A stretch of 42,512 nucleotides of DNA, from the NCBI GenBank assembly GCA_964405625.1, contig CAYOPA010000001.1:235-42746 (forward strand). The letters are read 5' to 3'. Below the pieces are notes generated by a model. The model was given only the letters and a program-made list of their open reading frames with translations. It had not been told where the DNA came from and ran no database searches. The translations under genes and the position numbers were made by a program. Source of the stretch: an uncultured Bryobacterales bacterium (lineage in GTDB: Bacteria > Acidobacteriota > Terriglobia > Bryobacterales > UBA6623). Below are positions 1 through 11,320 of the stretch, piece after piece. Every line of letters starts with the position of its first letter. The first letter of the stretch is position 1.

Positions 1-2
1 GG

Positions 3-2757
3 TGGCTGGCTCTGGGCTTTGTCGCGCTGCTGGTCAACGCCGGCTGGCTGGTCGCCTTTCCGGCGCCGACGGTCTTCTACGTCGGCAACGTGCTGCTGCA
101 TGTCGGCTTGGGCGCGGGGCTTTTGGCGGCCCTGTGGCTGAGCCGCGAACCGCTGCTGCGGGAGCTGCGCCGGTCCTCGAAGCTGTCGCTTATTTTGCTG
201 TCCGTGTGCGGGCTGCTCGGGCTGGCGTTGGCTTACATCGGTGCGACCACGGCCAACTACGGCGTGGTGCTGGCCCACGCCGTCGCGGGTGTTCTCGGCG
301 CCGCGCTGCTGTGGGCCTGGCTGCGGCGAAGCGCTCCGGCGGCCTCCGGCGCGGTGGCGGCGGCGCTGGCGCTAGGGCTGTTGCTGCCTGCGGGAAGCTG
401 GCTCCGTGACCGCTACGCGCCTCGTCAGGCCGATCGCATCGAAAATCCGTTGTGGGCCCCGGCCTCGATGGACGGAGAAGGCGGCGGCCCGCAAGGCCCC
501 TTCTTTCCGTCCGCCGCCAATACGACTACCGGCAAGTTGATCCCGTCGAACTTCTTCATGGAGTCCAAGTCCTGCCAGCCCTGCCACCAGGAGATCTACG
601 AGCAGTGGGAGGCCTCGGCGCACCGCTTTTCGTCGTTCAACAACCAGTTCTACCGCAAGTCCATCGAGCACATGCAGGAGGTCGCGGGCGTTCAACAGTC
701 AAAATGGTGCGCCGGCTGCCATGACCACGCGATGTTCTTCAACGGCCGCTTTGAGACGCCGGTGATCAAGCAACTCGACACCCCGGAAGCCCACGCCGGG
801 CTGGGTTGCATGTCGTGCCACGCCATTGTCGAAGTGGCCGACTCGATGGGCAACGGCGGCTTCACCATCGAGTACCCGCCGCTGCATGACCTGGCGACGA
901 GCGACAACGCATTGATCCGCAATCTGACGAAATACGTCACCAACGTTGCGCCGGCGGCCCACAAGCGGCAGTTCCTCAAGCCTTTCATGCGCGAGGCCGA
1001 GTACTGCGCCTCGTGCCACAAGGTGCATCTGGACGTTCCGGTGAATGACTACCGCTGGATTCGCGGCTTCAACGAGTACGACTCCTGGCAGGCCAGCGGC
1101 GTCTCCGGCTTTGGGGCGCGGTCGTTCTACTATCCGGCCAAATCCGCCGACTGCGCCGATTGCCACATGCCGCTCACCCCGGCGAGCCTGGACAAGTCCG
1201 CCAAGGACGGCCACGTCCTCTCGCACCGATTCCCGGCTTCCAATACGGCGCTGCCGTATGTGAATCGCGACGACGAGCAGTTGCGCGTCGTTGAGGATTT
1301 CTTGAAGGACGACATCGTCTCGGTGGATATCTTCGCTCTGGCGCCGCTGGCTGACGATGCGGACGAACGAGCGGTTCGTCCGGCCGATGACGCCGTGCAG
1401 GCTTCCACAACCTTCGCTGTCGGCGAGGAGGCCGGCGGGCTGGCGTCGCCGATCACCCTGCGCGACGCCGGGCTGCTGGCGGCCCCGATCGACCGCGCCG
1501 CCCCAGTGATCGAGCCGGGCCGCAGCGTGCGCTCCGACGTGGTCGTGCGGACGCGCAAGGTCGGCCACTTTTTCCCCGGCGGTACGGTCGATTCGGTCGA
1601 TTGCTGGGTGGAGCTGAAGGTGCTCGACGCCTCGGGCGAGCCGATCTACTGGAGCGGCCGCGCGGAGGACGACGGGCGCGGGCCGGTGGAGCCGGGGGCG
1701 CACTTCTACCGCAACTTCATGGTGGACGAGCACGGCAACCACATCAACAAGCGCAACGCCTTCCAGACGCGCGGCTTGTTGTACGCCCGACTGATCCCGC
1801 CCGGAGCGGCCGACGTGGCGCGCTTCCGCATCGAAGTTCCGGCCGACGTCGAAGGTCCGCTGCGGCTGGAGGCGAAGGTCAACTACCGCAAGTTTTCCGA
1901 CTACTACACCAGGTATTCTTACGCCGGGCGGCCCGTCGACGAGGACCCCGCGCTATTCGCGGCCGGTTACGACGACCGCCGCTACGATTTCTCGACGGGG
2001 AACATCCCCGCCAATGTTTCCGGCGCCATCAAGAACCACATTCCCGCGCTGCCCATCACTGTTTTGGCGGAGGCCGCCGCCGAGGTCGCGCTCGGCGCGG
2101 GCGGGACCGAATGGACGAGCGAGGCGGCGCCGGACGACTATCTGCGCTGGAACGACTACGGCATCGGCCTGCTGTTGCAGGGCGACCTGCGCGGCGCCGA
2201 GCGGGCTTTTACGAAGGTGACCGAAGCAAAGCCGGACTGGGCTGACGGCTGGATCAACCGCGTGCGGACGCTGGTCGCCGAAGGCCGCCACGCCGAAGCC
2301 CGCCCGCTGGCCGAGAAGGCCCTGGAGCTCGGCCCGGACCTGGCGCGCGGGCAGTATTTCTATGCATTGACCTTGAAATCGGCGGGCGAGTATGACGCGG
2401 CCTTGGAAGCGCTGGAGAAGGCCGCGGCAGGCTTTCCGCGCGACCGGGTGGTGCTCAACGAGATCGCGCGGGTGTTGTTCTTGCAGCGCGACTACGCCCG
2501 CGCCGTCGGCTATCTGGACCGCGTGGCCGCCATCGACCCCGAAGATTTGCAAATGCAGTACACCCGCATGTTGAGTTACCGCGGCCTGGGCGACATGGAG
2601 AAAGCCGCGCAAGCCGAGACGTTGTTCCGCCGCTTCAAAGCTGACGAGTCCTCGCAAACTCGCACGGCGAGAATGCGGCGGCTGAGCCCGCACGACAACA
2701 ACGAGCGGCAGGCCATCCACGTGCACGAGTCCGCCCCTCTGCCCCGAAGGGGCCTGG

Positions 2758-2777
<20 letters not shown>
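3..2777 (+). CDS. membrane-anchored pentahaem c-type cytochrome with C-terminal TPR domain (5' end probably outside the window)
   Basis: The frame is open from nt 3 with no stop. The first listed start is GTG at 90, but the upstream codons are hydrophobic and GC3-rich, so the gene likely begins upstream of the window. About five hydrophobic TM-like segments come first. Five CxxCH haem c motifs follow (CQPCH, CAGCH, CMSCH, CASCH, CADCH). TPR-like Ala/Leu-rich repeats fill the last approx. 200 aa (AERAFTKVTEAKPDWADGW..., ALELGPDLARGQYFYAL..., AVGYLDRVAAIDPEDL...). Confidence 0.8.
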
Positions 2778-4443
<1,666 letters not shown>

Positions 4444-4458
4444 CCCCGCAGCGCTTTT

Positions 4459-5019
4459 TCAACGGATGAACTGCTTGACGTAATCCTCGCCAAGCCCGCA
4501 CTCGATGTACCACTTGCGGCACATGTCGATCTTGGTGAAGACGTCCTCGAAGCCGATGTTTTTGCCCCACGGGTCGACGTAGTTCATGATCCCGTTCACC
4601 TGGAACATGGTGATCATCTCTTCGCAGTCCTCGGGCACGACCAGGGTGTGGGTCTCGCCCGGCGGCTCGTAGACGTAGCCGCCCTCTTCGGCCACCCAGT
4701 CATGCTCCAGGTAGTACCACCTGCCCTTGAGGACATAGCCATGGACGGGCTGCGGGTGACGATGCCGCGCCAGCACGCCGGACTTGCGGACTTTCAGCAG
4801 GTTGACCCAGTAGCCCTGGCTGATGGACAGGCACAGCGGCCGGAACCAGACGCTCTCGGCCTGCGGAACCCAGACGCGGTCGTCGTCGGGCATCACCTTG
4901 CCCACGACAATCTCCGAGGCGGCGTCCTGGGGGAAGGGAAGCTGATAGGGCATCAGCCTTTCGTCTTGTTTGGGCTGCTCGTCCAAGGGCATGACGTTTT
5001 CGGGAAACCCCGGACTCAC
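4459..5019 (-). CDS. cupin, 2,4'-dihydroxyacetophenone dioxygenase-like family
   Basis: The cupin core ARHRHPQPVHGYVLKGRWYYLEHDWVAEEGGYVYEPPGETHTLVVP matches my memory of the DAD-type dioxygenase family (HRH..PVH, EP.GE.HTL). It starts at GTG 5019, with an alternative ATG at 4992. It lies 19 nt downstream of the ADH gene on the same strand. Confidence 0.65.
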   Translation of the reverse strand: MSPGFPENVMPLDEQPKQDERLMPYQLPFPQDAASEIVVGKVMPDDDRVWVPQAESVWFRPLCLSISQGYWVNLLKVRKSGVLARHRHPQPVHGYVLKGRWYYLEHDWVAEEGGYVYEPPGETHTLVVPEDCEEMITMFQVNGIMNYVDPWGKNIGFEDVFTKIDMCRKWYIECGLGEDYVKQFIR

Positions 5020-5038
5020 GTCCGGGGCTCGGTTGTTT

Positions 5039-6073
5039 TTAGGGGTTGAGAATCACCTTGGTCAGGTTCGGCTCGTGGCTGTAGAGCCGGTCAAAGAAGC
5101 TCGGGCCGTCCTGCAGCGAGCCCTTGGCGCTGATCATCGGGTCAACCTTGATCGCACCGCGGGCTAACAGCTCCAGGCAGGCAGGGTAGTCGTTGGCCGA
5201 GGCGCAGGAGCCGAAAACGGCGATCTCGCGCGTCACCACCGGCTGCAAGCCGAACTCGACCGTCTTGGCGATGTTGCCGATCAGCGTGACCGCGCCGCCC
5301 TTGCGGACACTGTCGATGCAGGTCTTGACGGTAGACGTCGCGCCGACGGCTTCCATCGCCACATCGGCGCCGCGGCCGTCGGTGAGGTCGCGCAGGGCCT
5401 GGGCCACGTCATCGCGCTTGGGATTAAAGGTGTAGTCGGCGCCAAGAGTTTTGGCGAGCTCCAGACGGTCGTCGGCCAAGTCGGCGATGGCGATTTTGCC
5501 CGCGCCGGCCGTACGCAGCGCCTGCAGGGTGAGCAGGCCGATCATGCCCGCGCCCACCACCAGCGCCGTATCGCCCAAGCTCATGGGGGTGATGTCCACG
5601 GCGTGCACGGCCACCGAAACCGGCTCCACCATGGCGGCGTGGTCGAACGACAGCCCGGCGGGCATCTTGTAGACGATGTGCTCGGGGACGCTGACGTATT
5701 CAGCGAAGGCGCCGTGGCGGCGGTACTCGTCGCAGGAGACGCCCAGCACCTGGCGGTTGTCGCACAGATTGGGCTTGCCCTTGCGGCAGTAGAAGCACTT
5801 GCCACAGGAGATCATCGAATCGAAGGTCACCCGGTCGCCTTCGGCCAGCGTCGTCACCGCGGAGCCGACCAGCGCGATCTCGCCGGCCGCTTCATGTCCC
5901 ATGATGATCGGCGGGATGCGGCGGCCCGAGGAGCCGTCAAAGCCGTGGACGTCACTGCCGCAGATGCCGCAGGAGCGCACGCGAACAAGCACCTCGTTGG
6001 GGGCGATCTCCGGCTCGGGATAATCGGCGTCAAGGCGGAACTGTTTGTACTGTTCGAGGACGAGAGCTTGCAT
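5039..6073 (-). CDS. zinc-dependent medium-chain alcohol/polyol dehydrogenase (sorbitol/threonine dehydrogenase-like)
   Basis: Catalytic zinc motif CGICGSDVH...GHEAAGE. Structural zinc cysteines CGKCFYCRKGKPNLC. Rossmann motif VVGAGMIGL. The length of 344 aa is typical for the family. Confidence 0.88.
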   Translation of the reverse strand: MQALVLEQYKQFRLDADYPEPEIAPNEVLVRVRSCGICGSDVHGFDGSSGRRIPPIIMGHEAAGEIALVGSAVTTLAEGDRVTFDSMISCGKCFYCRKGKPNLCDNRQVLGVSCDEYRRHGAFAEYVSVPEHIVYKMPAGLSFDHAAMVEPVSVAVHAVDITPMSLGDTALVVGAGMIGLLTLQALRTAGAGKIAIADLADDRLELAKTLGADYTFNPKRDDVAQALRDLTDGRGADVAMEAVGATSTVKTCIDSVRKGGAVTLIGNIAKTVEFGLQPVVTREIAVFGSCASANDYPACLELLARGAIKVDPMISAKGSLQDGPSFFDRLYSHEPNLTKVILNP

Positions 6074-6185
6074 GGCCTGAATCTGTGACTATAGCGCGCC
6101 GCGAGCCGCCGCGTCGAAGCGGGATAGACCGCCGGGTCGAGGAGCGTACGGCAAACTACCGGACGTTTACGGTCAGATCGCCGTA

Positions 6186-6434
6186 TTGTCGGCGGAAGCG
6201 GCGGCGGGTGATGCTGGAAGCGTCATGTCGCTGGTATTGGACTTCTTGGTCGCCGAGCCGGACGTTAACGAGGAGCCGCCGTCGGGCGAGCTGTTCGTCG
6301 TGGACCGGGATCTGGCGCACTTCAGCTATTCCCTCCACGAACGGCCCCACCCGGAGCTGTTGCGCGAACCGCCGCCGCCGGTCGAGCCGCGCCTGCCGCC
6401 GGAGCTGTGGACGGACTTCTTCGGGGTCTTGTGA
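6186..6434 (+). CDS. hypothetical small acidic Pro-rich protein (start uncertain; TTG 6186 or ATG 6225)
   Basis: This frame has G-rich first positions and very GC-rich third positions, which is the coding signature in this genome. The overlapping minus-strand ORF 6156-6443 has the inverse pattern and an Arg-rich product. A strong plus-strand terminator lies about 155 nt downstream. No family recognised. Confidence 0.3.
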   Translation: MSAEAAAGDAGSVMSLVLDFLVAEPDVNEEPPSGELFVVDRDLAHFSYSLHERPHPELLREPPPPVEPRLPPELWTDFFGVL

Positions 6435-6551
6435 GCATCGCATCCTCCTGCTTGGGAGTAGGCGAGATCTTGAGGGTGAATACCGTCAACGTGTGTGGTG
6501 ACACAACAAAGAACATAGAGCGCACTGGAGCTCGTCCTGGTTCGTCAAATT

Positions 6552-6815
6552 TCAGGGATTTCTAGGCGCCGGCCTGTGAGGACGTTTGACGGGAGGACGC
6601 GACTCGCGTCCTCCCGTTTTCGTTGGCGCCGCCCCTATTTGCACGGCGTCCCGGCGCTCGCGAGTTGCCGAAAGCGTTGTCTGGAGCGCTTCTCGACGGC
6701 ATTCCATCCGCTCGCGAGCGTTGATCACGAAATCTTCCCGTTGCAGGTCGCGGCGCGGCGCGCCTCCCGCCGCTGCTACAAAGCAAAGTACGAGTCCGAA
6801 GGCGAGCTTTCGCAT
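6552..6815 (-). CDS. hypothetical small secreted protein (doubtful)
   Basis: The N-terminus MRKLAFGLVLCFVAAAGGAP looks like a signal peptide. The ORF lies 48 nt downstream of the large Ig-domain gene on the same strand. GC3 is only moderate, and the C-terminal third is encoded by the plus-strand terminator hairpin, which argues against a full-length product. Confidence 0.25.
   Translation of the reverse strand: MRKLAFGLVLCFVAAAGGAPRRDLQREDFVINARERMECRREALQTTLSATRERRDAVQIGAAPTKTGGRESRPPVKRPHRPAPRNP
6589..6624 (+). terminator. intrinsic terminator (perfect 14-nt palindromic arms plus T-tract)
   Basis: ACGGGAGGACGCGA-C-TCGCGTCCTCCCGT forms a GC-rich stem of about 12-13 bp. TTTTCGTT follows on the plus strand. 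The reverse strand has no T-tract after the stem. Confidence 0.6.
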
Positions 6816-6863
6816 GCAACTCTCTTCGGCCGCGGCGGGCCGGGCTTGGCGCCGGCGCGCGCC

Positions 6864-9347
6864 TTACTGCACCACGATGTTCACCGGCGGGCTGGTTTTG
6901 CCGCCCACCGACAATGTGACGGGTACGGCCGGGCCGGGCGTGGTCCCTTCCGGCACGACGAAGTTCACCTGATAGAGCCCGGCAAATCCCGGCGCCAAGC
7001 CGGAGAACTGCACCTGAGCGGGCCGGCCGTCGACCATCGCCGTCACGGGGTTGACCGTACGGCTCAACGGGTCGACCGGGGCCTGCTGGCCTTCGGGCGC
7101 CGGCGGGTTGACGGCGCCCAGGCCCGTGCAGAAGGCGGCCAAGATGTCACCGACGCGAGCAGGCGCTTGAGCGTCCGAGGGCACAAACGAGAAGGCGTCC
7201 GTGATCGCCCCCTGGCCGGTTCCCGCTTGGTTGACCGCAAAGATCCCCGGCTGAGTGGGCGCCACCGTCACCTGCTCAGGTACGGAGGCGGCCGTGCCGC
7301 GGCGGATCTCGATGCGGTGTTGCAGATTCGGCTCGATGTCGAAGGGAATCTGCGCGTTGATCTGATTGCCGCCGGCGAAGAAGAGCTTCAGCGGCCGATC
7401 GCCCAATTTGACCTGGGAGCCGGCGAGCAGCTCGGGCAGGGGGGCTTCAGTGGCGACGACGCTGCCTTCGGCCAGGCTCTCGCCGAACAGGCTGATGAGC
7501 GAGCCGGGCGAAATCTGCGGCGCCCTTTCGAAGCTGGCGGCGTTGACCAGGCCGCCCTCGCTGACCAGCGGGACGACGGCGCCTTCGATGATCTCGATGG
7601 TCACGTCGGCCTGCGCCGGCAGGAAGCCGAGAAAAGCCGTGTAGCTGGCCCTGATCTCTCCGACGGCGGCGACGGGCTGGAAGGAGCCCGTCCAGACTCC
7701 ATCGTTCCTGTGTTGTAGGTCAACCGAAGAGCCCGGCGCCGAGAAGCGCACCTTCGCCGAAGGGCTGCTGGAGGTGAGCGGCCGCCCGCAATTGTCGACC
7801 ACCAGGGCTTCCAGGTCCAAGGGCTGGCCGCGCGGGTGGCGAATTACGGCGCCGCCCGCGGTGGGCGTCACCTGCAGGCTGCTCGTGGCGCACCCGGCCT
7901 GCTCCACCGCGCCGCCTTCCGCGCTGAGCGCCGCGCCTCCCGCGGCCTTCACCGTGGTGATCTCCACATCGGTGGAACCTCCCACGCTGAAGGCCACGGT
8001 CAACCGCTCGCGGGCCACGCCGATGGGTGTTGTGCTAAATATCGGCTGGACCCGGATCGTCTCCTGATCGCCGGGACCCAGCACGCCTCGGGTCGGGGCG
8101 AGCAGCAAACGTTCAGAGCTGTCGGACCCCTGCAACAAGGCGACATAGGTAATCGGCCTTGAGTTGAGGTTCCGGAAGGTCACGTCCTGCGAGCCGGGGC
8201 TCTGCCCGCCGGCCGCGGTGAAGACCAGGCCGTTCGTGCTGACCTCCGGGGCCAGCGGCTCGCTGGCGGGCGTCACGTTGAAGATCACCGTTACCGACTG
8301 CGGGGTCGTGCCCGGCGCGGTGACTTCGATGGATCCGAAGTAATTGCCCGCAGCCAAACCAGACGGGTTGACGGTGACCCGTAAGTCTGAGAAATCGCCT
8401 GTTCCGCCAACAACTTGGCCGCCGCGCGGCGACACGGAGAGCCAGGGGCCGCCCGACAGCGTTTCGGCCGTCGCGGTCCAGGCCATGCCGCCCGTTCCGG
8501 CGTTCTTGACCGCCACGCCTCGGTCCAGCGGACGCGGACCTCGGGCGGCGGCCCGGAATGTCAGGCCGGTGCGGTCGAGCTCGAGCTTGGGCCGCGCCAC
8601 GGCGACCGTCATGGTCACCGGAAGGACGGCGCTTTCCACGCCGTCTCCGCCGACTTCCACTGAGCCAGTGTAGGTTCCCACGGCCAGCCCCAGCGGACTG
8701 GCGAAAATTTCAAATGGCGGCGGCACGCCGTCGACGGTTCGATTCGAGCCCGGAGAGACCGTCAGCCAGCCCGTCCCGTCGTCGGTGGCGGCGCGGGCGA
8801 ATAGCACCGTCTCTGCGCGCTGTGCGACAGCAGCCCCCTCCTCGGCAGCCGCGGCAACGGAGTCCACGGCCGGCCGAAACAGAGTCAGCTTTGGCTCAAG
8901 GATTGCGGATTCGGTGGCGCCGCCCTGGTACGCGCCAAAGACTAGGTTGACCCGGTCGAGCTCGACGCCGAGGATGGGCTCCGTGCAGTTGTTGGGACAG
9001 GTGGGGCTGCCTGGGCTGATCACGTGCATCGCGACGTTGAGGGTGACAAATTCATCGGCGCCCGCCCCCACCACGCGCACTCGGACCTGGGCTTGCAAGA
9101 GCCCCTCCGATACGCCTTTTCCCACCAACCGAAGCGAGGTCGGCATGGCGCCCTGCAACGGCGACACCTCCAGCCAGCTCACGTCGTTGCTCGAACCGGC
9201 CACGGGGGCCACCGAGATCTCGAAACGCAACCCATCGATCTCGGAATCCAGCGCGACGATCTTGGTTGGGGAGTCCTCGCCGACCACGGTTTGGAGATCC
9301 ACCGACTCGACCGAGCCGCCTCCAATGTCGCCTGGGGAGAAGAGCAC
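6864..9347 (-). CDS. Ig-like/all-beta repeat protein with Solibacter-type C-terminal domain; probably the C-terminal part of a frameshifted NHL gene
   Basis: Several approx. 100-aa beta-rich modules share the signature W(L/T)..SP..G (WLEVSPLQG, WLTVSPGSN, WLSVSPRGG). The last approx. 215 aa (VNAASF...ISPGSLISLFG...NQINAQIPF...PGIFAV...FCTGLG...FSGLAPGFAGLYQVNFVVP) match my memory of TIGR03437. There is no signal peptide of its own. The first 169 nt overlap the upstream ORF in another frame. Confidence 0.8.
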   Translation of the reverse strand: MLFSPGDIGGGSVESVDLQTVVGEDSPTKIVALDSEIDGLRFEISVAPVAGSSNDVSWLEVSPLQGAMPTSLRLVGKGVSEGLLQAQVRVRVVGAGADEFVTLNVAMHVISPGSPTCPNNCTEPILGVELDRVNLVFGAYQGGATESAILEPKLTLFRPAVDSVAAAAEEGAAVAQRAETVLFARAATDDGTGWLTVSPGSNRTVDGVPPPFEIFASPLGLAVGTYTGSVEVGGDGVESAVLPVTMTVAVARPKLELDRTGLTFRAAARGPRPLDRGVAVKNAGTGGMAWTATAETLSGGPWLSVSPRGGQVVGGTGDFSDLRVTVNPSGLAAGNYFGSIEVTAPGTTPQSVTVIFNVTPASEPLAPEVSTNGLVFTAAGGQSPGSQDVTFRNLNSRPITYVALLQGSDSSERLLLAPTRGVLGPGDQETIRVQPIFSTTPIGVARERLTVAFSVGGSTDVEITTVKAAGGAALSAEGGAVEQAGCATSSLQVTPTAGGAVIRHPRGQPLDLEALVVDNCGRPLTSSSPSAKVRFSAPGSSVDLQHRNDGVWTGSFQPVAAVGEIRASYTAFLGFLPAQADVTIEIIEGAVVPLVSEGGLVNAASFERAPQISPGSLISLFGESLAEGSVVATEAPLPELLAGSQVKLGDRPLKLFFAGGNQINAQIPFDIEPNLQHRIEIRRGTAASVPEQVTVAPTQPGIFAVNQAGTGQGAITDAFSFVPSDAQAPARVGDILAAFCTGLGAVNPPAPEGQQAPVDPLSRTVNPVTAMVDGRPAQVQFSGLAPGFAGLYQVNFVVPEGTTPGPAVPVTLSVGGKTSPPVNIVVQ

Positions 9348-11308
9348 GAACTGGGCGCCTGCGCCAGCACAACCCGGACGCGGTCATTGCCCTCGTCGGC
9401 TACCAGCAGGTTCCCGAAAGGATCCACGGCCAATCCGGTAGGATTGTGCAGCGCGGCCTGCAGCGCCGGGCCGCCGTCGCCGGAGAAGGCCGCCAGACCG
9501 TTGCCGGCCACGGTCTCGATTACTCGGTTCGGCCCGACGCGGCGGATACGGTTGTTGCCCGAATCCGCGATGTAAAGCGAGCCGTCCGGGCCGACGGCGA
9601 CGCCGGTGGGAGCATGGAGCTGGGCTTCGATGGCGTTTTGTCCGTCGCCGGCGAACCCGGCCGGCCCGCTGCCCGCGAAGCGGCGAATCGTGCCGTCCGG
9701 CGTGACCACGCGGACGCGGTTGTTGCCCTCGTCGGTAATGTACACTTCTCCGCCAAGCCCCACCGCCAGGCCGCGCGGCCCGTTGAGAGAGGCCCTTGAG
9801 GCTGGCCCGTTGTCGCCGGCGCCCCCCTGGGCGCCGCTGCCGGCAAATGTGGTGATTCTTCCATCCGAGCCCACGCGGCGGACGCGATGCTCCAGCCGGT
9901 CCGTCAGCAAGAGGTTGCCGGCCATGTCAAAAACCAAGTCCGTGGGATCCAGCAGGCGCGCTTCGGTGGCCAGGATGTTGTCGACGTTGCGGACGAATCC
10001 GCCGCCCGCGATCGTTTCCGGCAAGTCCTGGGTCAACCGTGCAATCCGCAGGTTGCGGCGGTCGGCCACGAACACGTCGCCGAACTCGCTTTCGAGCACA
10101 TTGCTTGGCCCGGAAAGCCCGCGCGGGTCGATCGAATCGCTCTCGGTTTCGCCCGAATGCAGGGAGTCGATGACGCCGTCAGGCTCGATGGCGCGGATGC
10201 GGTTGCTATTGGTATCAGCGATCAGCACTCGGCCTGATGGCGCCAGGGACACGCCTTGCGGTGAATTCAGCGTGGCCAGCGGCGCGAGCCCACCGTCGCC
10301 CGTAAAGCGGAACCCGCGCGACCCGGCTAGCCGCGACAGGGTCAGATCGGGGTCCACTTGGCGCACCAAGCCGTTGCCGGAATCGGCGATGGCCAGCCGG
10401 CCGTCGAGGCTGTAGGCAATCCCCAGCGGATTGGACAGCCGGCCCCCGCGCGCCGGTTCGCCGTCGCCCGAGGATCCAGGGAAGCCGTTCCCGGCGATCA
10501 CGCCGTTCAAATTGAAGACCTGATGCCCCTCGCCGGTGCTCCAGGTGACCACGCCTCGCGGGTCCACCGCCAATCCGGCGACGCGCAACCTCGGCGCGAC
10601 GGTCGCCACGGCGGTAGGCGCGTCAGGGTGAAAGCGCTTCAGACCCCCCGCATCGGCGAACCAGACACGCCCTTCCAGGTCGACGGCGACGGCAGTGGGC
10701 GCGACGGCTTCGATCGCTGTCGAGATGAGGCCGTTGCGATCGATCCTGCGGATGCGATTGCCTGCCGTCTCGACGACATACAGGTTGCTCAGCGTATCGA
10801 ACGCAAGCTGCCGCGGCTGGTTCAACCGGGCCAGCGCGGCGCGGCCGCCGTCCCCTGCGGACCCGGCCCGGCCTGAGCCCGCGAAGGTTTCGATCACGCC
10901 GTTGGGCCGGATGCGGCGAATCCGGTGATCGGCCTCGTCCGCAACATAGACCGAGCCGTCAGCCCCCACCGCCAAGCCCGCCGGGCCGCGTAGACCGGCC
11001 GCAATGGCGGGCCCGCCGTCGCCGGAGGAGATCGCAAACCCGTTGCCGGCGAAGATCGAGACCATGCCGGAGGGGCTCAGCAGCAGGACGAGGCGGTTGC
11101 GTGAATCGGCGATGTAGAGCTGGCCCTGCGCCCCCCAGGCGACGTCGTCCACCGGCCCCAACGGGGCGTCCAACGCGGCGGTCGGGGCGCGCGGATAGAC
11201 AAACTCCTTGCCTGCCAGCGTCGTGATGACCTGTTGCGCCGGCAAGACCTGGGCAAACCATCCAGCCAAAACGGCCACGGCCAGAATCGTCCGAGAGGGG
11301 GAATACAT
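9179..11308 (-). CDS. secreted NHL-repeat beta-propeller protein; real coding in this frame probably ends near 9354
   Basis: Signal peptide MYSPSRTILAVAVLAGWFAQVLPAQQ, with GGAG 6 nt upstream of ATG 11308. At least 10 NHL-type repeats carry the signature P.G(V/L)AV...G..Y(I/V)AD..N.R(I/V)R(R/K)(I/V). The last approx. 56 aa (SSCSSPQATLEAARSSRWISKPWSARTPQPRSS...) are not protein-like and overlap the next ORF. Confidence 0.8.
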   Translation of the reverse strand: MYSPSRTILAVAVLAGWFAQVLPAQQVITTLAGKEFVYPRAPTAALDAPLGPVDDVAWGAQGQLYIADSRNRLVLLLSPSGMVSIFAGNGFAISSGDGGPAIAAGLRGPAGLAVGADGSVYVADEADHRIRRIRPNGVIETFAGSGRAGSAGDGGRAALARLNQPRQLAFDTLSNLYVVETAGNRIRRIDRNGLISTAIEAVAPTAVAVDLEGRVWFADAGGLKRFHPDAPTAVATVAPRLRVAGLAVDPRGVVTWSTGEGHQVFNLNGVIAGNGFPGSSGDGEPARGGRLSNPLGIAYSLDGRLAIADSGNGLVRQVDPDLTLSRLAGSRGFRFTGDGGLAPLATLNSPQGVSLAPSGRVLIADTNSNRIRAIEPDGVIDSLHSGETESDSIDPRGLSGPSNVLESEFGDVFVADRRNLRIARLTQDLPETIAGGGFVRNVDNILATEARLLDPTDLVFDMAGNLLLTDRLEHRVRRVGSDGRITTFAGSGAQGGAGDNGPASRASLNGPRGLAVGLGGEVYITDEGNNRVRVVTPDGTIRRFAGSGPAGFAGDGQNAIEAQLHAPTGVAVGPDGSLYIADSGNNRIRRVGPNRVIETVAGNGLAAFSGDGGPALQAALHNPTGLAVDPFGNLLVADEGNDRVRVVLAQAPSSCSSPQATLEAARSSRWISKPWSARTPQPRSSRWIPRSMGCVSRSRWPPWPVRATT

Positions 11309-11320
11309 GGCGGTCTCCAT

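Noticed and set aside
6156-6443. 95-aa minus-strand ORF directly preceded by AGGAGG, and a 38-aa ORF from the next ATG with 5-nt spacing
   Set aside because: The AGGAGG abuts the first ATG with zero spacing. The 95-aa product is Arg-rich, with GC1 higher than GC3. The 38-aa frame has low GC3. The plus-strand frame fits the coding bias better, so neither is called.
9179-9386. Programmed -1 ribosomal frameshifting as the explanation for the NHL/Ig overlap
   Set aside because: There is no canonical X XXY YYZ slippery heptamer at the junction (GCG CCC AGT TCG). I saw no obvious downstream pseudoknot. A homopolymer indel is the simpler explanation.
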